Source: Endomicrobiales bacterium
GTDB lineage: Bacteria > Elusimicrobiota > Endomicrobiia > Endomicrobiales > CAWCFT01
DNA: 64,000 nt
NCBI GenBank assembly: GCA_963794945.1
Contig: CAWCFT010000004.1
Coordinates: forward strand, 64,001 to 128,000
Reading direction: 5' to 3'
This document shows, piece after piece, positions 51,932-61,452 of this stretch; the stretch's first letter is position 1, and each line of letters opens with the position of its first letter. The position numbers were made by a program, and so were the translations under genes. Below the pieces are notes generated by a model. The model worked only from the letters and a program-made list of their open reading frames with translations. It was not told the origin of the DNA and searched no databases.

Positions 51932-53168
51932 TTAAAAAGATTGATCGAACCAGTCCTTCATTTTCTTCATAATGCCAGTGCCTTTCGCCGGCCGCTGGGA
52001 AGTAAAACCGGGTGAATTTTGAATATTCGAACGCAACAGCGCGATCGCCGTGGAATACGTCGTGTTGCCTATGATCTCCTCTGGCCCCGAAGCTATATCC
52101 TGCGGGAGCCCGATCCTGGTAGATGAATTAAGGGCCTGCTCTGTCGCCTGCATGATCCCACCAAGCCGCGCTCCACCGCCCGTAATCACCACGCCACCGG
52201 CGACTATAGCGTCTGCTAGGTTGGACTTTTTTATCTCTTCGTCTATTGTAACGAACACCTGGTCAAGGCGCGGCTGAATTATTTCGATAAGCTGCTTGCG
52301 TGTGGACTCGCGTATCGTGCTGCCGTCAACCGCCATGAAATCGAATTTGCTGTCCTCTTTGAGAAGGCTGCCCATCGCCATGCCGTATTTTTCCTTGATG
52401 TCCTGGGCCACGGCCAGCGATGTCCTCAACGAGTGCGATATGTCGCGTGTTATAAAATCCGAGCCTACCTGCAGTTCTTTCGAATATCTTATACTACCTT
52501 CCGTGTAGATGGCGAGGCCTGTAGTAAGCCCGCCAAAATCGATAAGCAGGCAGCCGAGCTCTTTTTCTTCCTGCGTTATTACTAGATCCCCCACAGACAA
52601 GAGCCCGTAGACCGGCTCGACAACCTCAAAACCCGCCTGGGCTATCGCCTTGTAAATATTGGACAAATGGCTCGATGACCCCGTAAGTATGTGCACGTCA
52701 ACTTCCAGAAAATTGCCTTCCATCCCCACCGGGTTCGGCACGCCGCGCTGGTGATTGAGCGAAAACTCCTGCGGGATACTGTGCAGGATCTCTCGGTCGG
52801 GAGAAAGCCTTATGGTCTTCGCGTTCTCAATGGCGCCGGAGACATCTTCAGCGGTGATCTCTTTATCGGTGCGGGATATGTTGATCGCGCCGCGCGCGTT
52901 CATGGATTCTATGTGGTTGCCGCGGAGCCCCAGGTATATCTGGCGAACCGTTTCCCTAGCCTGCTCTTCCGCCTGCTCAATAACTTTCTGCACAGCGTAA
53001 GAAGTTTCAGAAAGGTTGATTACGACCCCGCCTTTAACTCCCCTGCACGGCAGTTTTCGCGCCGCTCAGTACCTCGAGGGTTCCCGTTTCTTCCGACAGA
53101 CGGCCTATGGCACAGCATATCTGACTGCTCCCGATGTCAAGCCCAGCAATGATCTCCGATTTCGCCAT
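51932..53168 (-). CDS. ftsA: Cell division protein FtsA (frameshifts in 5' region)
   Basis: MAKSEIIAGLDIGS from 53168; IDFGG, VITGGGA, C-terminal amphipathic helix. Confidence 0.94.
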
Positions 53169-53180
53169 TTTTACCTCGCA

Positions 53181-53306
53181 TTTAAAACATTTCAAACATC
53201 AAATATTAAATGTCAAAATTTCGGTGTCCGCTTCCAGCGAACATGTTAAATAAGTCACCGAAGGTGACACATTAATTTTGATTATTGATATTTGATTTTA
53301 AAATTT
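53181..53306. repeat. Heptamer-periodic imperfect inverted repeat with inner hairpin
   Basis: TCAAACA TCAAATA TTAAATG TCAAAAT mirrored by ATTTTGA TTATTGA TATTTGA; inner GTCACC-GAA-GGTGAC. Confidence 0.65.
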
Positions 53307-53319
53307 CATTAATATGAAC

Positions 53320-54140
53320 TTATGAACTTGCCTTTTTTGGTTTTACCAGTATCCTTCCGTTCTCAAAATAACAGAGGTTTACGTACTCAACGGCTTTGAA
53401 CCTTTCTCCCGCATCGAATAGAACCTGGTTAAGCTTTTTTAATTTCCGACTTATCGTCCCTTCGTCAGAACCGCCCCAGTATATTTTCATCCCGTCATCG
53501 AGGTCGAAAGCGACGTCACTGACAGGCTCCGGGTAGAACCTTACTATTTTCGGATAAATATCCTTCGCTTTGATTGCAAATATTTTTATGAAATCCAGAA
53601 CTTCCTTGCGTCCGGCATCATCTTTTGAAACTATCTCCGGCAGAAATATTCTCGCGTACATACCCCTTAAAGGGGAACGGCTTATTTTCGTAGTCAACAC
53701 CGAGACGTTCACCGTCTATTTTTGTAAAAGCGACCGGTACACGCTCTTCAAACTTTATAATGACACCCTTCCATGTGCGGCTTACCCAAAGCCTTTTGAG
53801 CTCCGGCTTACACTGGCGCAGGTTCTCCTCGGCGGCCAGACACAGGAGCCAAAAATAGATTATCCCTTTCACGGAACGGGAGCAAAGCAGAGATCTCGCT
53901 AGCCGATATATTCTTAGCGCCTCGGATCTCGATGGTCTTTATTTTAAAACAATCCGAGCAGAACAAGAAATTGCTTATGACCCTGTATCCGAACAGCACC
54001 CCGAAAACCACGGCGCACGCAATCGCCACGAACTGGCCAACCTTATAAGCTTTCTGCCTCCGCTCATATTTGAACTTGTAGCGGAGAACGACGTTCCTTC
54101 TGCGGTAAGTGGCGGGTTTCCTGCCGCGTCTTTTTCTCAT
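53320..54140 (-). CDS. ftsQ: Cell division protein FtsQ/DivIB (two frameshifts)
   Basis: Basic N-terminus, single TM, POTRA start (FKIKTIEIRG), ERVPVA; lies between ddl and ftsA. Confidence 0.85.
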
Positions 54141-54141
54141 G

Positions 54142-55065
54142 TTAGATATTTCCTGTTAGGGAAAATCTTACTATTTCAAGTATCAGCTCTCCAAAACTAA
54201 TTCCCGCGGCGCGCGCCTCATCCGGCAACAGCGACGTCTCGGTCATCCCGGGGTTAGTGTTGGCTTCAAGCACCCACGGCGAACCCTTCTTGTCAATAAT
54301 TATGTCAATGCGCGATACCGCGCGGCAGCCCAGCGCGTCAAATGCCCTGACTGCCGTGTCCTGCGCGCGCCTTACTATCGCCGCGGGCAGCCTCGGAGGT
54401 AGAATATGTTTCGATTTGCCTTTTTTGTATTTCGCTTCAAAGTCATAGAACTTGTTGTCGGGAACGATCTCAACCGCCGGCAAGGCCTTCCCCCCAAGAA
54501 CGCCGACCGTGAGTTCCACCCCGCGGACGTACTGTTCTATTATCGCCCTGTCTCCAAACTTGAACGCTTTTTTAAGCGCGGCCGCGAGCTCTTTTTTGTC
54601 TTCGGCTATTGAAACACCGATCGCGGAGCCCTGAGCAAGAGGTTTTACCACTACCGGGAACCGTTTGATTTTAGTTGGCACACCGTTCTTTTTCACGAGC
54701 TGCCACTCAGGTGTTGGTATACCCGACGCCCTGAATATCCTCTTTGAATAATCCTTGTCCATGGCCAGAGCGCTCGACAACACGCCGCAGCCGGAATACG
54801 GGATATCCATAAGCTCCAGCATACCCTGGACGGTTCCGTCCTCGCCACAGGGGCCGTGCAGGATATTGTACACAAAATCGATTTTGTTGGATTTAAGTTT
54901 GAAAGGTAGGTCCGGCCCAGCATCGATGCCTATGGCGTTTAGTTTCATGTCCTTGAAGGCCCTGAGGACAGCCTTTCCCGAAAGGAGCGAAATCTCCCTC
55001 TCAGCGGACCTTCCGCCGTAAATGACGCCGATCTTCTTGTCTTTTAGCCAGCCGCTTACATCCAT
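54142..55065 (-). CDS. ddl: D-alanine--D-alanine ligase
   Basis: GGRSAEREISLLSG, HGPCGEDG, EANTNPGMT; probable start MDVSGW. Confidence 0.96.
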   Translation of the reverse strand: MDVSGWLKDKKIGVIYGGRSAEREISLLSGKAVLRAFKDMKLNAIGIDAGPDLPFKLKSNKIDFVYNILHGPCGEDGTVQGMLELMDIPYSGCGVLSSALAMDKDYSKRIFRASGIPTPEWQLVKKNGVPTKIKRFPVVVKPLAQGSAIGVSIAEDKKELAAALKKAFKFGDRAIIEQYVRGVELTVGVLGGKALPAVEIVPDNKFYDFEAKYKKGKSKHILPPRLPAAIVRRAQDTAVRAFDALGCRAVSRIDIIIDKKGSPWVLEANTNPGMTETSLLPDEARAAGISFGELILEIVRFSLTGNI

Positions 55066-55094
55066 TTTATACCCGTATATATAAACACCTGATA

Positions 55095-55147
55095 AAAAGC
55101 TCAAAAATCAAAACAATAATTTTAATCTTTGATTCTTGATATTTGAA
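55095..55147. repeat. Heptamer-periodic imperfect hairpin
   Basis: TCAAAAA TCAAAAC mirrored by TTTGATT CTTGATA TTTGAAA. Confidence 0.55.
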
Positions 55148-55152
55148 ATATC

Positions 55153-56070
55153 TTACTGGCCTATAAGCTTGATCTCTAGGTCAAGCTCAATGCCGAATTT
55201 TTCTTTTACTTTAGTATGCACAGCCGCGATAAGCGCTCTTACGTCGGAGGCTTTCGCGCTGCCATTATTTATTATGAAATTCGCGTGTTTTCCCGAAACC
55301 TCGGCCCCGCCGAACGCCAGGCCTTTAAGGCCGCAGGCTTCTATGAGCCTGCCCGCCGAATCTTCCGGCGGATTTTTAAAGACCGAACCCGCGTTCCATG
55401 TGCCCGTGGGCTGCGTTTCCTGACGACGGCGCATGAGCTCAGTGATTTTATTTACAATATCATTTTTGGGAGCCTTTTTCAAGTGAAAAACTGCCCCAAC
55501 GACTATCTTTCCTTCTAGATTCGAGCTGCGGTAAAAGAATTTTATTTTCTCGCGCGATAGGCGCCTCACCTTGCCGGAAGCAGACAACACTTCGACGTCC
55601 TTAACGGCGTCCTCTATCCAGCCAAGGCTGGTGCCCGCGTTCGAGATCAGAGCACCCCCGATCGTGCCCGGTATTCCCGCAAGCCCTTCTAACCCCGAGA
55701 GCCCTTTCTCGGTGCAGTCGTTTACCAGAGCCGCTATCCTGTCGCCCGCTCCCGCGTAAACCGTTTCGTTCCTAAATTTGTGTTCACAGAAGTCGCCGGT
55801 GAGCCTGGCCACTATGCCGGCAAACCCCTTGTCGCCGATCAGCACGTTGGAGCCGCCGCCTAGTATGAGGAACGGTATCTTATTATTGAGAGCAAACCTG
55901 TAAATTTTTTGGAGTTCTTCGATGGCCGCGGCTTCCGCAAAATAAGCCGCCGGGCCGCCTATTCGGAAAGTGGTGTGGTTCTTGAGCGGCTCGTTGATCT
56001 TAAGGCTGGAAACGAATTTTGATATTTCTGAGCTTAGATCAGTTTTAATAGCTCTTCTCCCTGCTTCCAT
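55153..56070 (-). CDS. murB: UDP-N-acetylmuramate dehydrogenase
   Basis: HTTFRIGG, GGGSN, IPGTIGG, GSVFKNP, HANF. Confidence 0.95.
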   Translation of the reverse strand: MEAGRRAIKTDLSSEISKFVSSLKINEPLKNHTTFRIGGPAAYFAEAAAIEELQKIYRFALNNKIPFLILGGGSNVLIGDKGFAGIVARLTGDFCEHKFRNETVYAGAGDRIAALVNDCTEKGLSGLEGLAGIPGTIGGALISNAGTSLGWIEDAVKDVEVLSASGKVRRLSREKIKFFYRSSNLEGKIVVGAVFHLKKAPKNDIVNKITELMRRRQETQPTGTWNAGSVFKNPPEDSAGRLIEACGLKGLAFGGAEVSGKHANFIINNGSAKASDVRALIAAVHTKVKEKFGIELDLEIKLIGQ

Positions 56071-57386
56071 ACATCTCCGGCTCCAAGCGTCAGCGCTATA
56101 TCTCCGGGCTTAAGTTCCTTTGCCAGCATCTCTACGCCGCTGAACGGCTCTGCGTTCTTGCCGTTAGTTTTGACCTCGTCTATTATCAGTTTGCTCGAGA
56201 CCCCCGGTATCGGGTCTTCGCTTGCGGCGTAAATATCGAGTATCTTGATCACATCAGCCTGAGCGAACGCCCTGCCGAACTCCTTGTAGAGATGCGCCGT
56301 GCGCGAGTACCTGTGCGGCTGGAACATCACGACTAGCCTTCTGGAAGGCCAGTTGCCCTTTACCGCCGATATAGTGGCTTTAATTTCCGTCGGATGGTGG
56401 CCGTAATCGTCTATGACGAGTATCCCGTTCTTGTCGCCTTTTATTTCAATACGCCTCCCAACACCAGCGTACTCATTAAGCGCGAGGGCCACCTTTTCGA
56501 ACGGTATACCGAGCTCGATCCCAACGGCTGTGGCCGCAAGGGCGTTGAGTATGTTGTGGTTGCCGGGCACCTTAAGTGACACGTGCCCGAGGTCTGCGCC
56601 CTTTCTGTAAACTTCAAAATCTGTAACTGAATCTTTTTTAGACACGTTCTTTGCGGTATAGTCGGCCTTTGGGCTGAAACCGTAAGTGCAGTAGGGCCTT
56701 CTTATCTGCGGCATTATCTCAACGATATTCGCGTCGTCAGCGCACAAGATCGCTGTGCCATAGAATGGAATGCTGTTAATATGCTGCACAAATGCGCGTT
56801 TTATATTGTCTATCGTCCCGTAATAGTCGAGATGGTCATTGTCTATATTGGTAACAACCGTTATGGTCGGTGAGAGCTTAAGGAACGAACCGTCGGATTC
56901 GTCCGCCTCGGCCACAAGGTAGTCACCTTTACCCAGCTTCGCTCCGCTTTTAATGTTCTTTAGCCTTCCGCCGATAACTATGGTCGGGTCTAGGCCGCCC
57001 TTTTCAAGCACAAGCGACGCCATTGAGGTAGTTGTGGTTTTCCCGTGAGTGCCCGCGATGGAAACTGTATATTTAAGCCGGGCGAGTTCCGCAAGCATCT
57101 CTATTCGTGGTATCACAGGTATCTTATTCTTCTCAGCTTCTACTACTTCAGGGTTGGTCTTGTGCACGGCAGTGGACGTCACGACGACGTTCGCTCCTTC
57201 TATATTCTTCGTGGCGTGACCAATGGAGACTGTTGCGCCCAACCTCTCAAGGTGTTCAGTTACTTCTGTTTTTTTCAGGTCAGAACCCGAGACCTTGTAA
57301 CCAAGGTGCAGCAGGACTTCCGCTATACCCGACATTCCCGAACCGCCTATACCTACAAAGTGTATGTGCTTGATACTTTTGAACAA
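56034..57386 (-). CDS. murC: UDP-N-acetylmuramate--L-alanine ligase
   Basis: GIGGSGMSGIA, GTHGKTTT, EADESD, DDYGHHPTE. Confidence 0.97.
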   Translation of the reverse strand: MFKSIKHIHFVGIGGSGMSGIAEVLLHLGYKVSGSDLKKTEVTEHLERLGATVSIGHATKNIEGANVVVTSTAVHKTNPEVVEAEKNKIPVIPRIEMLAELARLKYTVSIAGTHGKTTTTSMASLVLEKGGLDPTIVIGGRLKNIKSGAKLGKGDYLVAEADESDGSFLKLSPTITVVTNIDNDHLDYYGTIDNIKRAFVQHINSIPFYGTAILCADDANIVEIMPQIRRPYCTYGFSPKADYTAKNVSKKDSVTDFEVYRKGADLGHVSLKVPGNHNILNALAATAVGIELGIPFEKVALALNEYAGVGRRIEIKGDKNGILVIDDYGHHPTEIKATISAVKGNWPSRRLVVMFQPHRYSRTAHLYKEFGRAFAQADVIKILDIYAASEDPIPGVSSKLIIDEVKTNGKNAEPFSGVEMLAKELKPGDIALTLGAGDVWKQGEELLKLI

Positions 57387-57413
57387 TTTTTTCTCCAGTT
57401 ATTCCGTAATGCG

Positions 57414-57797
57414 CTATTTTTTGTACCGCGCTCTGACCGTTGTAGTTATACCGCCCCTGATGCTAAAAATAAGCTCCACTTCCATCGATAACGGCTTCGC
57501 CGTTTTTACGAGGTCTGCGAGCACTTTATTGACTACACTTTCGTGCACCATGCCAACCATTCTGTATGACTGCAGATAATATTTAAGCGATTTAAGTTCG
57601 ATCACCACTTTGTCCGGCACATAAACTATCCTGATGTTTGCGAAATCCGGCAGGCCCGACCAGGGGCAGAGGCATGTGAACTCATCTGTTTCAATTTCAA
57701 CGTCGATCTTCTTTCCCTTGTACTCGTAAGGCATGGCCTCGAGTAGTTCCGGCGACACTTTGTCGAACGCAAGCTTTAACCCTTCAAATTTTTTCAT
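57414..57797 (-). CDS. queF: PreQ0 reductase (type I QueF)
   Basis: EFTCLCP.SGLPDFA, ELKSLKYYL, HE. Confidence 0.93.
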   Translation of the reverse strand: MKKFEGLKLAFDKVSPELLEAMPYEYKGKKIDVEIETDEFTCLCPWSGLPDFANIRIVYVPDKVVIELKSLKYYLQSYRMVGMVHESVVNKVLADLVKTAKPLSMEVELIFSIRGGITTTVRARYKK

Positions 57798-57813
57798 ATT
57801 TTTCCTTTTTGCG

Positions 57814-58395
57814 TTAATGCGCAATAAATATCATTATCCCTTTTCTTATCATCATGACCGCGATCGAAGCGAGTATGAGGTCGGCGAGTTTCGATACCGT
57901 TTTCGCTCCTGCTTTGCCTAGCAGCCTGTAGATACCGTTGGAAAAAACAAAAATGACGGCTGTTAAAATAATATTGAGTATGATAGCGAATATGGTTAGC
58001 TTCGGCCCGTGCTGGTCCAGAAGCAGCAGCATGGTAGTCAGCACCGCGGGGCCAACGATAAGCGGCACACCTATAGGCACTGCCCCCACGGACTCGGGGT
58101 CTATGGCATACCTTTTTTTCTCCATCGCTATCATGTCGTTTAGTGAGATCACGAACAACAGAGAACCACCCGCTATCATGAAATCCGCGACTGTTATACC
58201 CAGAAGCCCTAGTATTATTTTTCCCAGCGCGAGGAACGACAGAGCAACTACTATCGCGGTAATAGTCGACTGGAAAATTATTTTGTTCACTCTTTCTTTT
58301 TCTATTTCTTCGGTGAGGCTCAGAAAAAGCGGCAGGACGCCGACGGCGTCAACCGCGACAAAAAGAGGAACGAAACAGAGAAGGAATTCTTTCAT
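57814..58395 (-). CDS. marC: MarC-family membrane protein
   Basis: F.IAGG, VPIGVPLIVGP, six TMs. Confidence 0.88.
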   Translation of the reverse strand: MKEFLLCFVPLFVAVDAVGVLPLFLSLTEEIEKERVNKIIFQSTITAIVVALSFLALGKIILGLLGITVADFMIAGGSLLFVISLNDMIAMEKKRYAIDPESVGAVPIGVPLIVGPAVLTTMLLLLDQHGPKLTIFAIILNIILTAVIFVFSNGIYRLLGKAGAKTVSKLADLILASIAVMMIRKGIMIFIAH

Positions 58396-59045
58396 ACTTT
58401 TTCTTCCTTGTAAGAACTGTATATACCTACCAGGCTGCCTAACGTGGCAACTAATATAAACCCTGAAATAGTCGAGCCGGACGGATCGTAATGCGGGACA
58501 AGTATGACAAGCGGCATGGACGCGAACACCGCAACTACAACCCCTTTCGACCAGCCTGTTAATTTAACCGGCGCAAAGAAAATCAAAAGGCATGCAGTAA
58601 TGTATTGCAGGTATACAGCTGACATCGAATAAATGCTCACATCTTTTAAAAACATTATGGTTATATGGATCGCGCCCGTGACAATGCCGGCAGCGATGGC
58701 TCTTATGACCCTGTCTAACGGGAACTGCTCATTCTCCCGCGAAGCATACGCCCCTACCAGGCAGCCGAGAGAACATAATATAATAAACCCTGAAATAAGC
58801 GAAGCGGCCGGATCATAATGCGGAATAATTATCGCTAGCGGAAGAGAGCAAAATATAGAGACAGCAAGCCCTTTCTTCCAACCCGTGATCTTAAGAGGCA
58901 CATGAAATATCACTACGCTCGCGATAACATATTGAACAAAAACAGCTGCCATGCTGTAAACACTAACAAGCTTTACAAGCATAATCACAAGATGGAACAA
59001 ACTTGCGATAGCGCCAACAATTACGGCTTTAAGGAGACTATTCAT
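58392..59045 (-). CDS. Hypothetical membrane protein made of two homologous ~4-TM halves
   Basis: Repeated S.YSM.AV..QY, K.TGW.KG, PHYDP, ISGFI, LG.LVG.Y. Confidence 0.75.
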   Translation of the reverse strand: MNSLLKAVIVGAIASLFHLVIMLVKLVSVYSMAAVFVQYVIASVVIFHVPLKITGWKKGLAVSIFCSLPLAIIIPHYDPAASLISGFIILCSLGCLVGAYASRENEQFPLDRVIRAIAAGIVTGAIHITIMFLKDVSIYSMSAVYLQYITACLLIFFAPVKLTGWSKGVVVAVFASMPLVILVPHYDPSGSTISGFILVATLGSLVGIYSSYKEEKV

Positions 59046-59066
59046 GCAGATATCGTTGTTACCGGA

Positions 59067-60327
59067 TTAAATTACCTGAAGCACCGCGAATTTAAGATAT
59101 TCCGTCTCCGGCATGGAGATCAATACGGGGTGGTCGCGCGACTGCGAGCGAACCTCGAGAACCCTGACGTTCCTGCCTGCATCTGCCGCGGCCTGAGTTA
59201 GCATCTTCCTGAAGTCTTCCCGGCCCATGTGGTGCGAGCATGAAGAGCTTGCCAGTATCCCCCCCGGCGAGAGGGCTTCAAGCGCGAGCGTGTTGATCTT
59301 TAAGTAAACCCTATAGCCCGCATGGAAATTCTTTTTGTTCTTGATCAGCCCCGGCGGGTCTATATTTATTATATCAAATTTACCTCTTTTTTCTTTAAGG
59401 GCGCCCAGATATTCTGCGGCGTCTGCGCACTCGGAGCTAAAGCTGTTTTCAAGATCGTTTAGCGCCGCATTCTCGGCCGCAAGGGCGAGTGCGTTCTTGG
59501 ATGAGTCTACCCACACAACCTTTTTCGCGCCTGCTTTCGCGGCGTACATACCGAAAGCGCCAGTGTGGCAGAAACAGTCGAGAAAGGTTTTGCCGTCGCA
59601 ATATTTCGCAAGCGCAGCCCTGTTCTCCCGCTGGTCGAAATAAAAACCTGTTTTCTGTCCGCCCTTGAGGTCGGCGTAGAACTTCACCCCGTTAGAAACG
59701 CTACAAGCGCCTGCTGGAGATATAATGCCGTCATCTGTATTCGCGATGCATCCGTCGTTTCTAACTGGGTTAACAGAACTTTCATCTACGACCACTTTCT
59801 CAGGCACATTGCCGTAGAGTACCTCTATTTTTTCATCGAGGCCTTCTAGAGCCCTTGAAGACGAATCGTTCCTCGCTATAATGCCTTCGCATTTAAAAAC
59901 TTCTTTCAATGCCGAGATCACAGCTTCCCTGTTCTTCTCAAGGCCCGCGCTTAAAAATTGTACCGATAGATACTTGCCGTATTTGTCTACTATCAGAACC
60001 CGGAAGCCCGTCGGACTCTCCGAAAACCGCCCTGAAAGATTCAAGGCCGGGGAACAATTTTGTTCTGAAAGCCAGGGCCTTCAGTAGCCTGCCCGTCCAA
60101 AATTTCTCGTCTATCTGAAGGTTTTCTCTAGTAAGCAGCCTGAAGGCGATCAGCGAGTGCGGATTATAGAAACCAACGCCAAGGAACCCGTCTTTGCTGT
60201 TCGTAAGCTGTACCGTTTCCCCTATGGCGGGTTTTCCCGATATTTTTTCTATCTCGTTAGAGAATATCCACTGGTGCCCGGCGAGAAGCCTTTTGTCTTC
60301 CCCGTATTTTAAAGTTACTTTTTCCAT
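59067..60327 (-). CDS. rlmI: RlmI-like SAM-dependent rRNA methyltransferase (frameshift near 60000; 29-aa insertion)
   Basis: PUA-like GHQWIFSNEI, ESDGLPG, GQKTGFYFDQRENR, DCFCHTG, DPP, SSCS, DHP, ETEYLK. Confidence 0.88.
59685..59772. mobile_element. Short TIR element inserted in frame in rlmI
   Basis: ACCCCGTTAGAAACG...CGTTTCTAACTGGGT; 87 bp between GTTAA/GTGAA near-duplicates. Confidence 0.72.
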
Positions 60328-60848
60328 TACACTGCTCCTATCCACCTTTTGACTTCTTTTTTTACATCTATGAAATTCTCGCGAGAAAGCACGAGTATCG
60401 ACGTATCCGCTAATTTCTTTATCTCGTCCGTGAAAGGCTGCGCGTTGTAGCGGACCGTAGCGAGTATCTTTTTATTGGAATTTAAACATACAATAAGAGT
60501 TTTTCTAAACAGCTCGGACACGATCTCCATGGAACCGATCTCATCTATAACTATTATCTCTTTATCTTTGAGCGCCCTGAGCAGCGACTCAGCCGCGAGC
60601 CCTTCAAGCACGCCGATATCAATGCCGTACTTGTTTAGCTTGAAAGCGCTTTTCATCCCTTTTTTAGCGAGCACGCCTTCCTTTCCGTCAAAGGTTTTGA
60701 GCTTGAACCCGAGCCTCGCCCCGTTCTCAATTATCTCTTCGGTATAAAATCCGTCGATCCTGTCCCTGGCAGACAGGCAGACTTCCTTAATCAGTGTAGT
60801 TTTGCCCGATGCGGGCTTGCCGGTTATAAAAAGGTTTTTAGTGCTCAT
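60327..60848 (-). CDS. THEP1/NTPase_1 nucleoside triphosphatase
   Basis: ITGKPASGKTT, GFYTEE, VIDEIGSME. Confidence 0.9.
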   Translation of the reverse strand: MSTKNLFITGKPASGKTTLIKEVCLSARDRIDGFYTEEIIENGARLGFKLKTFDGKEGVLAKKGMKSAFKLNKYGIDIGVLEGLAAESLLRALKDKEIIVIDEIGSMEIVSELFRKTLIVCLNSNKKILATVRYNAQPFTDEIKKLADTSILVLSRENFIDVKKEVKRWIGAV

Positions 60849-60879
60849 TATTTTTCGTAATAATATTAACGATAAACCA

Positions 60880-61385
60880 CGGGGCTTTTCGCCCCTGCGA
60901 CCCTTAAACTTTTCTTTGCCTCACCGCAAAGAAAAGTTACAAAAGAAACGGTGCCCCGGTGGGCTATTCACTGCGTATTTTTCAGCGGCCTTGCAAACTC
61001 GCCCTTCGGCCGCTTTTATAACGGATTTAAAGGGAGCGGCACTTCCTCGCTGAAGGCTCGGTCGGGCTCAGACAAGCAAGGCCGAAATCCTCTGAAAAAT
61101 CCTCCGTTCATGGACAGCCCAAAGGGGTGGAGGTCTAAACCTTTAAACAAAATCTATTGATATTTAATGTTTTGCCCTGCTCCCCTTCGGGCTGACAATG
61201 AGCTAAAGTATTTTCGGAGGTTTCGGCAAGGACTGTTTGAGCTCCTCCTGGCAAAGCCGAGGAGCGAGTTCGCAGCCGCCGAAAATAATTTAGCGAATAG
61301 CCCTCCGGGGTGCTTTTCTTTTTCCCTATTTTCTTTGTACGCACAAAGAAAATAGGGTCAGGGGCGCGGGGGCGGAACAGCCCCG
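60880..61385. repeat. ~500-bp inverted-repeat element (two diverged structured units, MITE/REPIN-like)
   Basis: Left arm matches the reverse complement of the right arm block by block; hairpins at 60907-60938 and 61324-61357. Confidence 0.75.
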
Positions 61386-61452
61386 CTTAGTTTCGATAAG
61401 CTTTTTAAACATGCATTATCTTGAAAAGGATGCAAGTGTCGAAACCCCGCAC

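Noticed and set aside
50740..54140. Programmed frameshifting or pseudogenisation of ftsZ/ftsA/ftsQ
   Set aside because: No consistent slippery motif or direction; the same kind of break occurs throughout the window in unrelated genes
57797..57830. preQ1 riboswitch upstream of queF
   Set aside because: marC ends about 16 nt upstream; no room or consensus
60802..61355. Short ORFs within the large inverted repeat
   Set aside because: No recognisable domains or RBS; by-products of the palindromic element
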